From an uncultured Pseudomonadales bacterium (lineage in GTDB: Bacteria; Patescibacteriota; Microgenomatia; UBA1400; CAYXSR01): DNA of 64,000 bases. Of this stretch, positions 20,848 to 31,138 are shown in pieces. Position 1 is the first letter of the stretch. Each line of letters starts with the position of its first letter. The translations under genes and the position numbers were made by a program. The DNA is taken from assembly GCA_964430265.1 (NCBI GenBank), contig CAYSEI010000002.1, forward strand, positions 141,209 to 205,208, in the 5' to 3' direction. The notes beneath the pieces are model-generated. The model was not told where the DNA came from and did no database searches. It worked only from the letters and a program-made list of their open reading frames with translations.

Positions 20848-21596
20848 ATATATCAGATTTTTTAGATCAAATAAAAAGATCGCTAGCCATAGTCAAAAAA
20901 GATTTATATATCTACTATGCAAAAGGACCTGTAGTTATTTTTGGTCTGCTTTTACCAGCATTTACTTTTATTTCTTTCTCGTTGGGGAAAGATTTTTCGG
21001 CAGAATTTTTATTTCCTGGATTATTGGCTATGTCACTTTTTTTTACATCAACTTCTATTGGTCCAGCTATAGCACCAACAGAAACAGCAACTAAAACTTT
21101 GGAAAGACTGGTTTCGGCACCGATAGCCGTGTGGGCAATTCTCTTTGGAGATATTTTTGCATCATTCCTTTTTGGGCTTTTTATTACATCATTTGTTCTA
21201 ATATTCGGATCTTTATTGCTGGGAATAGAAGTTATCACAGTAATCCTAATAGCCGCTACAGTTTTAGCTTCTTTCTGTTTTTCTGCATTTGGACTAGTGC
21301 TGTCTGCCCCTCCTACTGACAAGCCTTCTAATATAATGATGTTATCCTCTCTGATTAAATTTCCCCTGACCTTTATAAGTGGTGTGTTTGTTCCACTTAA
21401 TCAAATGCCCTTAAAAATTAGATTCATTTCATTCATTTCCCCTTTGACCTACTATACTGACATAGCAAGGTATTCGATTGAAGGGAATAGTTATTTTCCC
21501 CCTACTTTAAATCTTTTAGTGTTGTTTGGATATACACTGTTACTCTTTACCATAGCTATAATCTGGCAAAAAAAAAGTTTAACTAAAAGATTTTAA
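20844..21596 (+). CDS. ABC-2 type transporter permease
   Basis: 250 aa, 6 predicted TM helices, coupled to the preceding ATPase. Confidence 0.8.
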   Translation: MNISDFLDQIKRSLAIVKKDLYIYYAKGPVVIFGLLLPAFTFISFSLGKDFSAEFLFPGLLAMSLFFTSTSIGPAIAPTETATKTLERLVSAPIAVWAILFGDIFASFLFGLFITSFVLIFGSLLLGIEVITVILIAATVLASFCFSAFGLVLSAPPTDKPSNIMMLSSLIKFPLTFISGVFVPLNQMPLKIRFISFISPLTYYTDIARYSIEGNSYFPPTLNLLVLFGYTLLLFTIAIIWQKKSLTKRF

Positions 21597-21839
21597 AGAG
21601 TAGCGAATTCCCATCTTGTTATGAAGTTTGCAATAATGTGAATGGGATATTTTGACTTAAAGAATTTAGATTGGTTTGAGAGAAACTATACAGGACTTGA
21701 ACAAACATATACTTCAATATACCAACAATTTTAGTTCGATTATGAATTTTTTCTTGTTTTTAATTCTTTTTGCGAACAATGGATTTAATAGGCTATATAA
21801 GGTTTTAAAAAATGCTTAAGAAAAAACTGTTAAATATTG

Positions 21840-21913
21840 TCGGGGCGACTGGACTTGAACCAGCGACCTTGCGCACCCCATGCGCACGCGCTATCCATCT
21901 GCGCCACGCCCCG
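21840..21913 (-). tRNA. tRNA-Pro (anticodon GGG), no encoded CCA
   Basis: Folded by hand from the reverse complement. Acceptor CGGGGCG/CGCCCCG, D-stem GCGC/GCGC, anticodon stem TGCGC/GCGCA, loop AUGGGGU, T-arm GCTGG-TTCAAGT-CCAGT. Confidence 0.85.
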
Positions 21914-21986
21914 TGTATAACTTGTATTTTACCATATATTATGAGAGAATTTAAAAGTAGATATAGTTAAAAATACAGGAGGAAAA

Positions 21987-23051
21987 ATGGCAAAAAAGAA
22001 GAAATCTTCAAAAACGAAAGATCCCAAGCAAGAAGCAGTAAAAATGGCAATGGAGCAAATAAAAAAAGAATATGGTAAAGGTTCGATTATGAAACTGGGT
22101 GAAAAAACAGACATTGATGTTGATGCGATTTCTACCGGTTGTCTGCCTTTGGATATTGCTTTAGGAGTAGGTGGAATTCCCCGTTCAAGAATTTCAGAAA
22201 TTTATGGACCGGAAGCATCGGGCAAAACAACTTTAGCGCTTCACATAATTGCAGAAGCGCAAAAAGAGGGTGGTTCAGTTGCTTTTATTGACGCAGAGCA
22301 TGCGCTAGATCCGCGCAGGGCTGAAACTATTGGAGTTAACCTAGATGAACTCTTGGTTTCCCAACCGGATACCGGAGAACAAGCCTTAGAAATTGCGGAA
22401 ACTTTGATCCGTTCTAATGCTTTAGATATAGTTGTAATTGATTCTGTTGCAGCTTTAACTCCACGCGCAGAGATTGAGGGCGAAATGGGTGATGCACAAG
22501 TTGGTGTACAGGCTAGATTAATGAGCCAGGCAATGCGAAAACTTTCTGGGGCAATCTCCAAATCCAAAACAGCTATGATTTTTACCAACCAGATCAGAAT
22601 GAAGATTGGAATACTTTTTGGTAATCCGGAAACTACTCCAGGAGGAAAAGCACTCAAATTTTATTCATCAATAAGAATTGATATGCGTAAAAAAGGGAAT
22701 ATTAAAGATAACCAGGGAAAAGTTATTGGTTCCCACCACCGTGCAAAAGTAGTTAAAAATAAGGTTGCACCCCCTTTCAGAGAAGCTGAGTTTGATATTA
22801 TGAATGTTGGTGGAATTTCTCACAGTTCCGATGTTTTAACTGTCGGAGAAGAGTTGGAAATTATTGAAAGGGCAGGGTCCTATTACAGATACAAAGATGA
22901 AGTTATTGCACAGGGTAAAGATGCAGCACAGGAAGCTCTTGAAGAAGATTCAAAATTAATGAAGGAAATAGAGAAAAAAATCTGGAATAAAGTGGAAGAA
23001 GAAACAAAACCCAAGAAAAAGAAGAAAAAAAGTAAAAAGAAATCTTCCTGA
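21987..23051 (+). CDS. recA: Recombinase RecA with a Lys-rich C-terminal tail
   Basis: GPEASGKTT Walker [11 protein letters not shown]2 loop; AGGAGG RBS. Confidence 0.95.
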   Translation: MAKKKKSSKTKDPKQEAVKMAMEQIKKEYGKGSIMKLGEKTDIDVDAISTGCLPLDIALGVGGIPRSRISEIYGPEASGKTTLALHIIAEAQKEGGSVAFIDAEHALDPRRAETIGVNLDELLVSQPDTGEQALEIAETLIRSNALDIVVIDSVAALTPRAEIEGEMGDAQVGVQARLMSQAMRKLSGAISKSKTAMIFTNQIRMKIGILFGNPETTPGGKALKFYSSIRIDMRKKGNIKDNQGKVIGSHHRAKVVKNKVAPPFREAEFDIMNVGGISHSSDVLTVGEELEIIERAGSYYRYKDEVIAQGKDAAQEALEEDSKLMKEIEKKIWNKVEEETKPKKKKKKSKKKSS

Positions 23052-23064
23052 GGCAAAATAAAAG

Positions 23065-23535
23065 GTGAACTCGGAAGAATTTGATAAGTTTTTAAAAAAA
23101 GCTTCCCGATATTTATCATATCGTCCACGATCTGAAAATGAAGTTTTCTGGTATTTAAAGAAAAAAGGTTGTTCAGAGAATATAATTGAAAAGGTTATGC
23201 AAAAACTGAAGAAGAATGAACTTCTTGGAGACGAAGATTTTGCTGATTGGTGGATTGAACAGCGTTTAACATTTAAACCCCGAGGTAGAAGAGCGCTGAA
23301 AAATGAGCTTTACAAAAAAGGTTTATCCAGAAAACTGATTAATAAAAAAGTAGCAGAGATTAGTAAAAAAGAACTTAAAAAAGCAGCAGAAAAAGTGGTT
23401 GAAAAAAGAAACTATAAATGGAAAAAACTAAAAAAATTGGAACAGAAAAAAAAGATTTACGCTTATCTTTCCAGACGGGGTTTTAATTACTCAGTAATCA
23501 ATTCTATTATTGAAAAATATGTCCAAAGCGAGTAA
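23065..23535 (+). CDS. recX: Regulatory protein RecX
   Basis: 156 aa, three-repeat helical RecX-like sequence (YLSYRPRSENEV..), immediately downstream of recA. Confidence 0.8.
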   Translation: MNSEEFDKFLKKASRYLSYRPRSENEVFWYLKKKGCSENIIEKVMQKLKKNELLGDEDFADWWIEQRLTFKPRGRRALKNELYKKGLSRKLINKKVAEISKKELKKAAEKVVEKRNYKWKKLKKLEQKKKIYAYLSRRGFNYSVINSIIEKYVQSE

Positions 23536-23706
23536 AATGAATCTAGTGATAGTCAACATTGGATATATAAATTTTATTACGCAAATATCAAAAATACATA
23601 CCGAGGAAATACTCCGGTATGCTCAAAATTGTTGATACATCACTTCACTTAAGTTATAAATTTTGAGTAACAGTTATGGGTATAAACGTACTACAAGGAG
23701 GCATAT

Positions 23707-25218
23707 ATGTCGTTTTTTCAAGATTTACTAAATTTATTATCAGGTTCTGCCAAAGAAACTGATAAAAAAGAGAAGCAAACTCCCGAGCATAAAATTTTCC
23801 AAGAAGAAGTTGTCAAAAAAGCGCAGGAAAAATCAGAGAAGATAATCAATAATGCTAAAAAAGAGGCAGAGGAAATAAAGAACAAAAGTAAAAAAGAGGC
23901 CAAGGAAGAAGTTAAAGATATTAGGGTAGAGGTTGACGAAGAAAAAAAAAGATTGGATAAAAAGGAAGCAGAAATTGACCGTAAAATAGGAGCTTTAGAA
24001 GAAAGAGTAAAGCTGGCAAGAGAACAAGAAGAGAAAATAAAAAAGCAAAAAGACGAGATTCAGGAAATTAAAAAAAAGCAGCTTGAAAAACTAGAAAGAG
24101 CGGCAAATTTAAGCACAAATGAAGCCAGGGAATTAATTCTTCAAGCAACAGAAAAGAAACTTCAAGGAGAAATTATTAGAAGAATAAAAGAAGCAGAAGA
24201 GTCTGTAAAGGAAAAAGCTGATGAAAAAGCAAAAGAAATTTTAGTAAATGCGATGAGGCATGGTGCAACAGATTATGTTCCCGAATATACAGTTTCATCT
24301 ATTCAATTACCCAATGAAGATATGAAAGGAAGAATAATTGGTAAAGGAGGAAGAAATATTCGTGTTTTTGAGAAAGTCACAGGAGTGGATGTTGATTTGG
24401 ATGAAGAAGAAGTGATTATGATATCTTCTTTTGACTCAGTAAGAAGGGAAATTGCTAAAGTTGCATTGGAAAAATTAATTGCAGACGGAAGAATCCAACC
24501 TTCAAGAATTGAAGAAACTGTGCAAAAAACAAGAGAAGAAATTGAAAGAATAATGCATAAAGAGGGAGAAAAGCTTTGCCATCAGGTAAAGGTCTATAAT
24601 TTACCCAAAGCTGTGGTTGACAAATTGGGTTGTTTTAAGTATCGTTTTTCTTACGGACAAAATATGATTTCCCATACGTTAGAAGAAACTAAGATTGGTG
24701 TTGCGCTAGCGCATGAAGTAGGAGCAGATGTCAATATAGTCAGGATAGGTTGTTTATTGCATGATATTGGCAAAGTGATAACTGATAAGGAAGGCAGCCA
24801 TGTTGAATTGGGAGTAGAATTTTTAAAGAAATTTAACATACCAAAAGCAGTGATTGAATGTGTTGCAGAACATCATGAAGACAAACCTTTTTCTTCACTT
24901 GAATCAATGTTAGTATATATAGCGGATGCCATTTCTGGTTCAAGACCAGGGGCACGCTACGAAGATTATGAAGGATATGTAGAAAGATTAGAAGGTTTGG
25001 AAGAAGCAGCAAACAGTTTTGAAGGTGTAAAACAAGCTTTTGCAATACAAGCTGGCAGAGAAGTAAGAGTAATAGTTGATCCGGATAAATTAACAGATGA
25101 AGAAGCAGTTAAACTGTCACATTCCTTAAAAGAAAAAATTGAAAATGAATTGACTTATCCAGGACAAGTGAAAGTTAATGTAATAAGAGAGTTAAGAGCA
25201 ACGCAGACGGCGAAATAA
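23707..25218 (+). CDS. rny: Ribonuclease Y
   Basis: N-terminal TM/coiled coil, KH domain (IGKGGRNIR), HD domain (LLHDIGK..), GGAGG RBS; recA-rny neighbourhood as in Firmicutes. Confidence 0.9.
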   Translation: MSFFQDLLNLLSGSAKETDKKEKQTPEHKIFQEEVVKKAQEKSEKIINNAKKEAEEIKNKSKKEAKEEVKDIRVEVDEEKKRLDKKEAEIDRKIGALEERVKLAREQEEKIKKQKDEIQEIKKKQLEKLERAANLSTNEARELILQATEKKLQGEIIRRIKEAEESVKEKADEKAKEILVNAMRHGATDYVPEYTVSSIQLPNEDMKGRIIGKGGRNIRVFEKVTGVDVDLDEEEVIMISSFDSVRREIAKVALEKLIADGRIQPSRIEETVQKTREEIERIMHKEGEKLCHQVKVYNLPKAVVDKLGCFKYRFSYGQNMISHTLEETKIGVALAHEVGADVNIVRIGCLLHDIGKVITDKEGSHVELGVEFLKKFNIPKAVIECVAEHHEDKPFSSLESMLVYIADAISGSRPGARYEDYEGYVERLEGLEEAANSFEGVKQAFAIQAGREVRVIVDPDKLTDEEAVKLSHSLKEKIENELTYPGQVKVNVIRELRATQTAK

Positions 25219-25250
25219 AGTTGTTAGGAATGAAAGGAGGTGTGTAGAGA

Positions 25251-25526
25251 ATGAAAACATCGGAATTAGTAGATGTGGTTGCAAAAAAAGCCCATCTAAC
25301 CAAAAAAGCGTCTAAAGAGGCAATTGATGTAATATTTGATGAGATTGCCAGAGTGCTGAAAAGAGGTGAAAAGGTGAATATCTGGGGTTTTGGAACCTTT
25401 GAAGTTAAGAAGGTTAAAGCCAAAAAAGGCAGAAAAAGCCCGGAAGATCCAACACCTGTAATTCATCCGGCACACCGAGTGGTAAGGTTCAAAGTTTCCA
25501 AGAACTTGAAAGAAGACGTTAAATAA
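25251..25526 (+). CDS. hup: HU-family DNA-binding protein
   Basis: 91 aa, GFGTFEVKK and RVVRFK arm motifs. Confidence 0.85.
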   Translation: MKTSELVDVVAKKAHLTKKASKEAIDVIFDEIARVLKRGEKVNIWGFGTFEVKKVKAKKGRKSPEDPTPVIHPAHRVVRFKVSKNLKEDVK

Positions 25527-25548
25527 AAATTGGAACGGAAACCTTAAG

Positions 25549-26532
25549 ATGAATACAGTTACAGTTTCTAATTTAAAACGCTATTATCGCGTTCATAAAA
25601 AGGAAGCTGGCTTGTTAAATTCTATTAAATCCTTAATTAAAAGGGATTATAAAACAGTGGAAGCTGTTGATGATATTTCTTTCTCAATTAAGGAAGGAGA
25701 GCTAGTAGGGTTTATTGGCCCTAACGGTGCTGGTAAAACAACAACATTAAAGTGCTTGTCAGGGCTTTTATACCCTACTAGCGGAGAAGTTAATGTTCTT
25801 AATTATGACCCCTGGAATAGAAAAGATGCGTTTCTTAAGCAAATTGCATTAGTAATGGGACAGAAAAATCAGCTTTGGTGGGATCTTCCTCCAACAGAAA
25901 CTTTTTTATTGAATAAGGAAATATATGAAATATCCGATGAAGAATACAAAAAATCTTTAGATGAGTTGGTGAAATTATTGGATGTTAAAGATATTTTGGA
26001 TGTTCAAGTAAGAAAAATGTCTCTAGGACAACGGATGAAATGTGAACTGATTGCTGCTCTACTTCATTCACCTAAAGTTCTATTTCTTGATGAACCAACG
26101 ATTGGATTAGATGTTGTAATGCAAAAAAAAGTCAGGGAGTTTATTAAAATTTACAATAAGCGGCACAAAGCAACTATCTTGTTAACGTCTCATTACATGA
26201 GTGATGTTAAAGAACTTTGTGATCGTGTGATTATAATTGATAAAGGAAATATTGTTTTTGACGGAAAGCTGACTGAAATAGTACAAAGATATGCTGATCA
26301 CAAATTAATAAAAATAAACCTGAGTGAGCAAGTTGAAGAAGAAAAGCTTGCAAAAATTGCAGAGATAAAAGAGTATGATTATCCCACAGTTATCTTAAAA
26401 GTTAAAAGAAGTGTTAGCTCTTTAGCTGCTGCGGAGCTTTTAAAGAATTTTCCAATTGCAGACTTAAACATTGAAGAAGTAGCTATTGAAGACATCATCA
26501 GAGAAGTCTTTACCGGTGAAGATGAAGCTTAA
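25549..26532 (+). CDS. ABC transporter ATP-binding protein (with C-terminal extension)
   Basis: Walker A GPNGAGKTT, LSLGQRMK signature, LFLDEPTIGLD Walker B. Confidence 0.85.
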   Translation: MNTVTVSNLKRYYRVHKKEAGLLNSIKSLIKRDYKTVEAVDDISFSIKEGELVGFIGPNGAGKTTTLKCLSGLLYPTSGEVNVLNYDPWNRKDAFLKQIALVMGQKNQLWWDLPPTETFLLNKEIYEISDEEYKKSLDELVKLLDVKDILDVQVRKMSLGQRMKCELIAALLHSPKVLFLDEPTIGLDVVMQKKVREFIKIYNKRHKATILLTSHYMSDVKELCDRVIIIDKGNIVFDGKLTEIVQRYADHKLIKINLSEQVEEEKLAKIAEIKEYDYPTVILKVKRSVSSLAAAELLKNFPIADLNIEEVAIEDIIREVFTGEDEA

Positions 26533-27340
26533 AAAAAAGAATTTTAGTAAATATCTCCAGATATTTAAGATTACTTGGCAGAATATTTTTGTTTACCGCA
26601 TTAATTTTTTTGTTTGGCGACTGCGTTCCCTTATTACATTTCTGGGTATCTATTTTTTTTGGGAGGCGATATATTTTTATAATGATTCTATTGGACCATA
26701 TAAAAGCCGAGAAATGTTAACATATATCCTACTGAGTTCTTTATTACAAAGTTTAGTACTTTCTTCAAGGACTCCCCAAATGGGGAGTGATATAAGCAGG
26801 GGAACTCTGAGCAAACACTTAATGCAGCCTTTTAAATATTTAAGAAAACTATTTTTTATTGATGTTGCTGACAAGGCAGCTAATGTTTTCTTTTTGATTT
26901 TTGAATTAAGCGGAATTTTTCTAATTTTAAAACCACCTTTTATAGTACAAAATAATATCTTAAATTTATTAAGCTTTTTTGTAGCTATGTTTTTAAGCCT
27001 TTTGCTTTTCTATTATATGAGTTTAGTAATTGGTTTATTAACTTTCTGGTATCCGGAAAATCATGGTTGGCCGATGCGATTTCTTTTTAATGTCAGTAAC
27101 CGATTTTTGTCCGGTAGTTATGTGCCTTTAAATGTACTTCCTTCTTTTCTAGGGTTTTTACAATTTTTTCCCTCTGCATTTTTAATTTATTTCCCTTTAC
27201 AAGTATATCTAGGAAAGTTATCACAAGCAGAAATATTTGCAGGATTGGGATTAATGCTGATTTGGATTTTATTACTAAAGTTTTTTAGCAGATATATGTG
27301 GAATAAAGGACTTAAAAATTATACGGCGGCAGGAATATGA
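26522..27340 (+). CDS. ABC-2 family permease (first of two)
   Basis: Polytopic membrane protein coupled to the upstream ATPase; ATG 26522 is chosen inside the longer ORF beginning at 26486. Confidence 0.6.
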   Translation: MKLKKKNFSKYLQIFKITWQNIFVYRINFFVWRLRSLITFLGIYFFWEAIYFYNDSIGPYKSREMLTYILLSSLLQSLVLSSRTPQMGSDISRGTLSKHLMQPFKYLRKLFFIDVADKAANVFFLIFELSGIFLILKPPFIVQNNILNLLSFFVAMFLSLLLFYYMSLVIGLLTFWYPENHGWPMRFLFNVSNRFLSGSYVPLNVLPSFLGFLQFFPSAFLIYFPLQVYLGKLSQAEIFAGLGLMLIWILLLKFFSRYMWNKGLKNYTAAGI

Positions 27341-28110
27341 AAAAATATATTAAAGTTTGGCTAAAAACAGCTTTGCTTTCTTTACAAAACAGTTTGGTAA
27401 GCCCAGGGGCTTCTTTGATGTTTATTCTGGGGAAATTTGTCCGTTTCTTTTTTTATATTATTGCTTTAACAGCAGTTTTTGGAGAAAAAAAGACAGTTGG
27501 AGGATATGATTTGAACACCATAATAAACTTTTATTTAATATACAACTTATTGGATTCTTTTGGACAAATATTTTTCCGAGGTATTTATTGGTTTCGTAAT
27601 AAAGTGGTGTCTGGAAGATTTGACTTGGACTTGGTTAAGCCTGTAAATCCCTTGTTTCAAGCGTTAACGCATCATACAGACATTTTGGATATTCCTTTGT
27701 TTTTTGTAGTAATTGGGATGTTGATGTGGAGAAACTGGGGAATTTCTATTGCAAGTTTTTTTGTTTTTATACTAACAACGATTTTAGGGTTTTTAATTAT
27801 TACAGCGATTCATATTTTAGTTGCATCTTTGGGTGTTTTGACTACTGAAGTTGACCATGCAATTTGGGTATATCGTGATCTCTCAACATTAGCAAGGGTG
27901 CCGGTGGATATTTATAACTCAAAGGTGCGTTTTGTACTGACATATATTCTACCAATTGCAGTAATTTTTACTTTTCCTGCCAAGAGCTTGATGGGAATTT
28001 TGCAACCCCGATATATTATAATAAGTACAATAATTAGTTTTTTATTTTTTACAGGTTCATTAGTTATCTGGAAAAAGTCACTTAGAAGTTATTCAAGTGC
28101 ATCTAGTTAA
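27337..28110 (+). CDS. ABC-2 family permease (second of two)
   Basis: 257 aa polytopic membrane protein, start overlaps the previous stop. Confidence 0.6.
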   Translation: MKKYIKVWLKTALLSLQNSLVSPGASLMFILGKFVRFFFYIIALTAVFGEKKTVGGYDLNTIINFYLIYNLLDSFGQIFFRGIYWFRNKVVSGRFDLDLVKPVNPLFQALTHHTDILDIPLFFVVIGMLMWRNWGISIASFFVFILTTILGFLIITAIHILVASLGVLTTEVDHAIWVYRDLSTLARVPVDIYNSKVRFVLTYILPIAVIFTFPAKSLMGILQPRYIIISTIISFLFFTGSLVIWKKSLRSYSSASS

Positions 28111-28154
28111 AAAAGCTTGAAATTTTTTTAAAAATTTTGTAATTTAAAATATGT

Positions 28155-28853
28155 ATGATCGAATTTAAAAACGTAAGTAAAAACTTTGGTAAAGTAAAAG
28201 CCTTAAAAAAAATTGACTTGCAAATTAAAAAAGGTCAAATTGTTGGACTTCTTGGTCCAAACGGTGCAGGAAAAACAACTGCTATGCGGATCCTTATGGG
28301 TATTCTTAAACCCAGTAAAGGTCAAGTATTTATTAATGGGAAGCTTGTTCAAGAAAACTTAGTGGAAGTTAAGAAAAAAATTGGCTATTTACCCGAAGAC
28401 AATCCGCTTTATAAAGATTTTAAGATTTATGAGTATCTTTTTTTTATTGCACAAGCTAAAGGAATTAATAAGATTGAAGAACAAATAAATAAGGTGGCTA
28501 AAGAAACAAGCATAAGCAGTGAAATTTCACGAAAAATTGATCATCTGTCTAAAGGATATAGACAAAGAGTAGGTCTGGCAGCTGCTTTACTAGGAAATCC
28601 GGAAGTTTTAGTATTGGATGAACCAACAGTGGGATTGGATCCAAACCAAATAGCGGAAATAAGAAATCTTATTAAAGACTTGGCTAAAAAAAAGACTGTG
28701 ATTTTTTCAAGCCATATACTTTCTGAAGTAAAACAAACATGTGAAGAAGTTGTAATTATTCATCAAGGTGAAATTGTTAAATCGGGTAATTTAAAGAAAA
28801 TAACCCAAGAAAGAAGTCTAGAAGAAATTTTTCAATCATTAACAAAATCATGA
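28155..28853 (+). CDS. ABC transporter ATP-binding protein, GldA-like
   Basis: Walker A GPNGAGKTT, LSKGYRQRV signature, VLVLDEPTVGLD. Confidence 0.85.
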   Translation: MIEFKNVSKNFGKVKALKKIDLQIKKGQIVGLLGPNGAGKTTAMRILMGILKPSKGQVFINGKLVQENLVEVKKKIGYLPEDNPLYKDFKIYEYLFFIAQAKGINKIEEQINKVAKETSISSEISRKIDHLSKGYRQRVGLAAALLGNPEVLVLDEPTVGLDPNQIAEIRNLIKDLAKKKTVIFSSHILSEVKQTCEEVVIIHQGEIVKSGNLKKITQERSLEEIFQSLTKS

Positions 28854-29560
28854 AAAAATTTAAAGCATTAGTTCAAAAAGAACTTTATCATTTATTTCAT
28901 TCACCGGTTGCGTGGATATTTGCAGTATTATTTTTACTTTTAAATAATTTCTTTTATTTTAACAATGTTTTTTTAATTGGACAGGCAACAATGCGTCCGT
29001 ATTTTACTAATCTTTCACTAATTCTCTTGTTTTTTGTTGCAGCAGCAGAGATGAGTGCTTTCAGCGAAGAAAAAAAGAGTAAAACTTTAGAAATTCTTTT
29101 AAGCTTGCCTGTTAAAAAATGGCAGATTGCAATATCTAAACTACTTTCTTTTATTATCTTTTTTACTGCTGTTTTATTTTTTACTTTGTCTATCCCCGTA
29201 ACTTTGTTTTTAATTGGTAATCCAGATATTGGACCAATAATATCAGGATATTTAGGAACACTGCTTTTAGCAGGTTTTTATGCGAGTGTTGGAATATACA
29301 TCTCGACTTTTTTCAAAGAACAAGTAATTACTGCATTAATAACCGGTCTGGTTTTATTTACACTTCATATATTGGGTCAGAATTTTATCTTAGAAAGAGT
29401 TTCTTTCCAATTACAATATATACTTTCATTTATAAGTCCCAACACGCACTTTCTTAATTTTGCAAAAGGAGTTATTGATATTGGAGATCTGGTATATTTT
29501 CTTTCCGCCAAGGCAATCCTTGTCTGGCTGACTATTAAAAATATTGGATTTAATAAATAA
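28850..29560 (+). CDS. ABC-2 permease, GldF-like
   Basis: 236 aa, 6 TM, coupled. Confidence 0.7.
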   Translation: MKKFKALVQKELYHLFHSPVAWIFAVLFLLLNNFFYFNNVFLIGQATMRPYFTNLSLILLFFVAAAEMSAFSEEKKSKTLEILLSLPVKKWQIAISKLLSFIIFFTAVLFFTLSIPVTLFLIGNPDIGPIISGYLGTLLLAGFYASVGIYISTFFKEQVITALITGLVLFTLHILGQNFILERVSFQLQYILSFISPNTHFLNFAKGVIDIGDLVYFLSAKAILVWLTIKNIGFNK

Positions 29561-31138
29561 ATGGAAATAAAACAAAAAATAGTTGAATTTATAAAAGAAT
29601 ATAAAACATACTTAATTATTGCAGTTCTGTTTGTAATCAACTTTTTATTGTATAACTATACTTTAAAAATAGATTTAACAGCTAAAGATACATATACGCT
29701 TTCTGCAGTAAGTAAAGAAAAGCTTAAAGAACTAGATGATATTGTTAATATAAAAGTGTATGCTTCAGAAGATCTTCCGGCACAATACTTACAAGTAAAG
29801 CAATATCTGAGAGACGTTTTAAGAGATTATCAATTTATTTCGCAAGGAAAAGTAAGAGTTCAATGGATTAATCCGGGAGAAGACGAAGAATTAATTCAGG
29901 AGGCACAAAGGCTTGGCATCCCCCAATTGCAATTTCAAGATATTCAGCAAGATCAGTTACAGGTAACTAAAGGATTTTTGGGTGTAGCAATTGTTTATGA
30001 AGACCAAGCAGAGGTGATTCCTTTAGTTGAATCTACCCGCGACTTGGAATACCAATTGACTTCTAAAATATATAAACTTACGCGTGATAAAGATCCACGG
30101 ATTGCCTTTACCACAGGACATGGAGAAAGAACAATTAATCCAGTATCTGTTCAAGGAGAACTTGCCACAGAAGAAATACTAGCAAAAAAAGTTTTAGGTG
30201 AGGAATTTGAAGTAAGTGATTTCTCAATTTCCACTGAATCAGCTCAACTTGTTCCGGATAATTATTCCAGTCTAGTTGTGATGGGGCCCACAAAGAAATT
30301 TGATAATAATAGCAAATATGTTCTTGACCAGTTTTTAATGCAAGGTAAACCAATTGCGTTTTTACTTGATTCTTATGAAGTAACTAATAATCTGATACCA
30401 ACAGAAACAAATCACAATCTAAATGAAATGTTAAAAAATTATGGAATCGAAGTCAAAAACAGTTTGGTTTTAGATCAAAGCAATGAAATTGCCAATTTCA
30501 ATAATGGTCAGACAATGACGCTTTCCCCATATCCTTACTGGGTAAAATCAGTAAAACAAAATATGAATGAAGAGTTTCCGGTTACACAGGGGCTGCAAAA
30601 AATTGTTTTTCCCTGGGTTTCTCCTTTAGAATACGATGAGCAAAATCAGGACATTAAAGGATTGGTTTTTTCCTCAAAAAATTCATGGAAAAAAACTGGG
30701 AATATTGATCTTAATCCTTTTCAAAGCTTTATTCCAAAATCAGAAGGAAGTAAACCGTTGGCTGCAGTGCTCGAAGGCAATCTGACCAGTTTTTTTGCAG
30801 ATAAAGATAAGCCGGAAGTTTTTGAGGCGGAAAAAGTAAATTCAACGGAAAACGGTAAAATGGCAGTTGTTGGAGATTCTGATTTTATTAGGGAAGGAAT
30901 TGTTCAGAGGTCTCCACAAAATTTACACTTTTTTGTTAATTTAATTGAGTATTTGACTCTGGGTGAGGGTTTATCAAAAATCAGGGTAAAATCAGAAGAC
31001 ATCCGTCCCTTAATTGAATTATCAAGTCAAAAAAGGCAAGTTTATAAATATGTAAATATGTTAGGAATGCCAATTTTAATAGGCTTGCTGGGGTTTGCTT
31101 ATCTTTACTATCAAAACAAAAAAGAATATAAATTATGA
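29561..31138 (+). CDS. GldG-like ABC-transporter-associated protein (N-terminal and C-terminal TM anchors, large extracytoplasmic domain)
   Basis: 525 aa; architecture and position after GldA/F-like genes. Family assignment is by recollection of GldG-type proteins, not by search. Confidence 0.6.
   Translation: MEIKQKIVEFIKEYKTYLIIAVLFVINFLLYNYTLKIDLTAKDTYTLSAVSKEKLKELDDIVNIKVYASEDLPAQYLQVKQYLRDVLRDYQFISQGKVRVQWINPGEDEELIQEAQRLGIPQLQFQDIQQDQLQVTKGFLGVAIVYEDQAEVIPLVESTRDLEYQLTSKIYKLTRDKDPRIAFTTGHGERTINPVSVQGELATEEILAKKVLGEEFEVSDFSISTESAQLVPDNYSSLVVMGPTKKFDNNSKYVLDQFLMQGKPIAFLLDSYEVTNNLIPTETNHNLNEMLKNYGIEVKNSLVLDQSNEIANFNNGQTMTLSPYPYWVKSVKQNMNEEFPVTQGLQKIVFPWVSPLEYDEQNQDIKGLVFSSKNSWKKTGNIDLNPFQSFIPKSEGSKPLAAVLEGNLTSFFADKDKPEVFEAEKVNSTENGKMAVVGDSDFIREGIVQRSPQNLHFFVNLIEYLTLGEGLSKIRVKSEDIRPLIELSSQKRQVYKYVNMLGMPILIGLLGFAYLYYQNKKEYKL

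Noticed and set aside
21597-21839. Possible second tRNA or structured RNA between the ABC-2 permease and tRNA-Pro
   Set aside because: There is only a weak 6-bp inverted repeat (TCCCAT...ATGGGA) with a 30-nt loop. There is no T-arm or acceptor-stem pattern.
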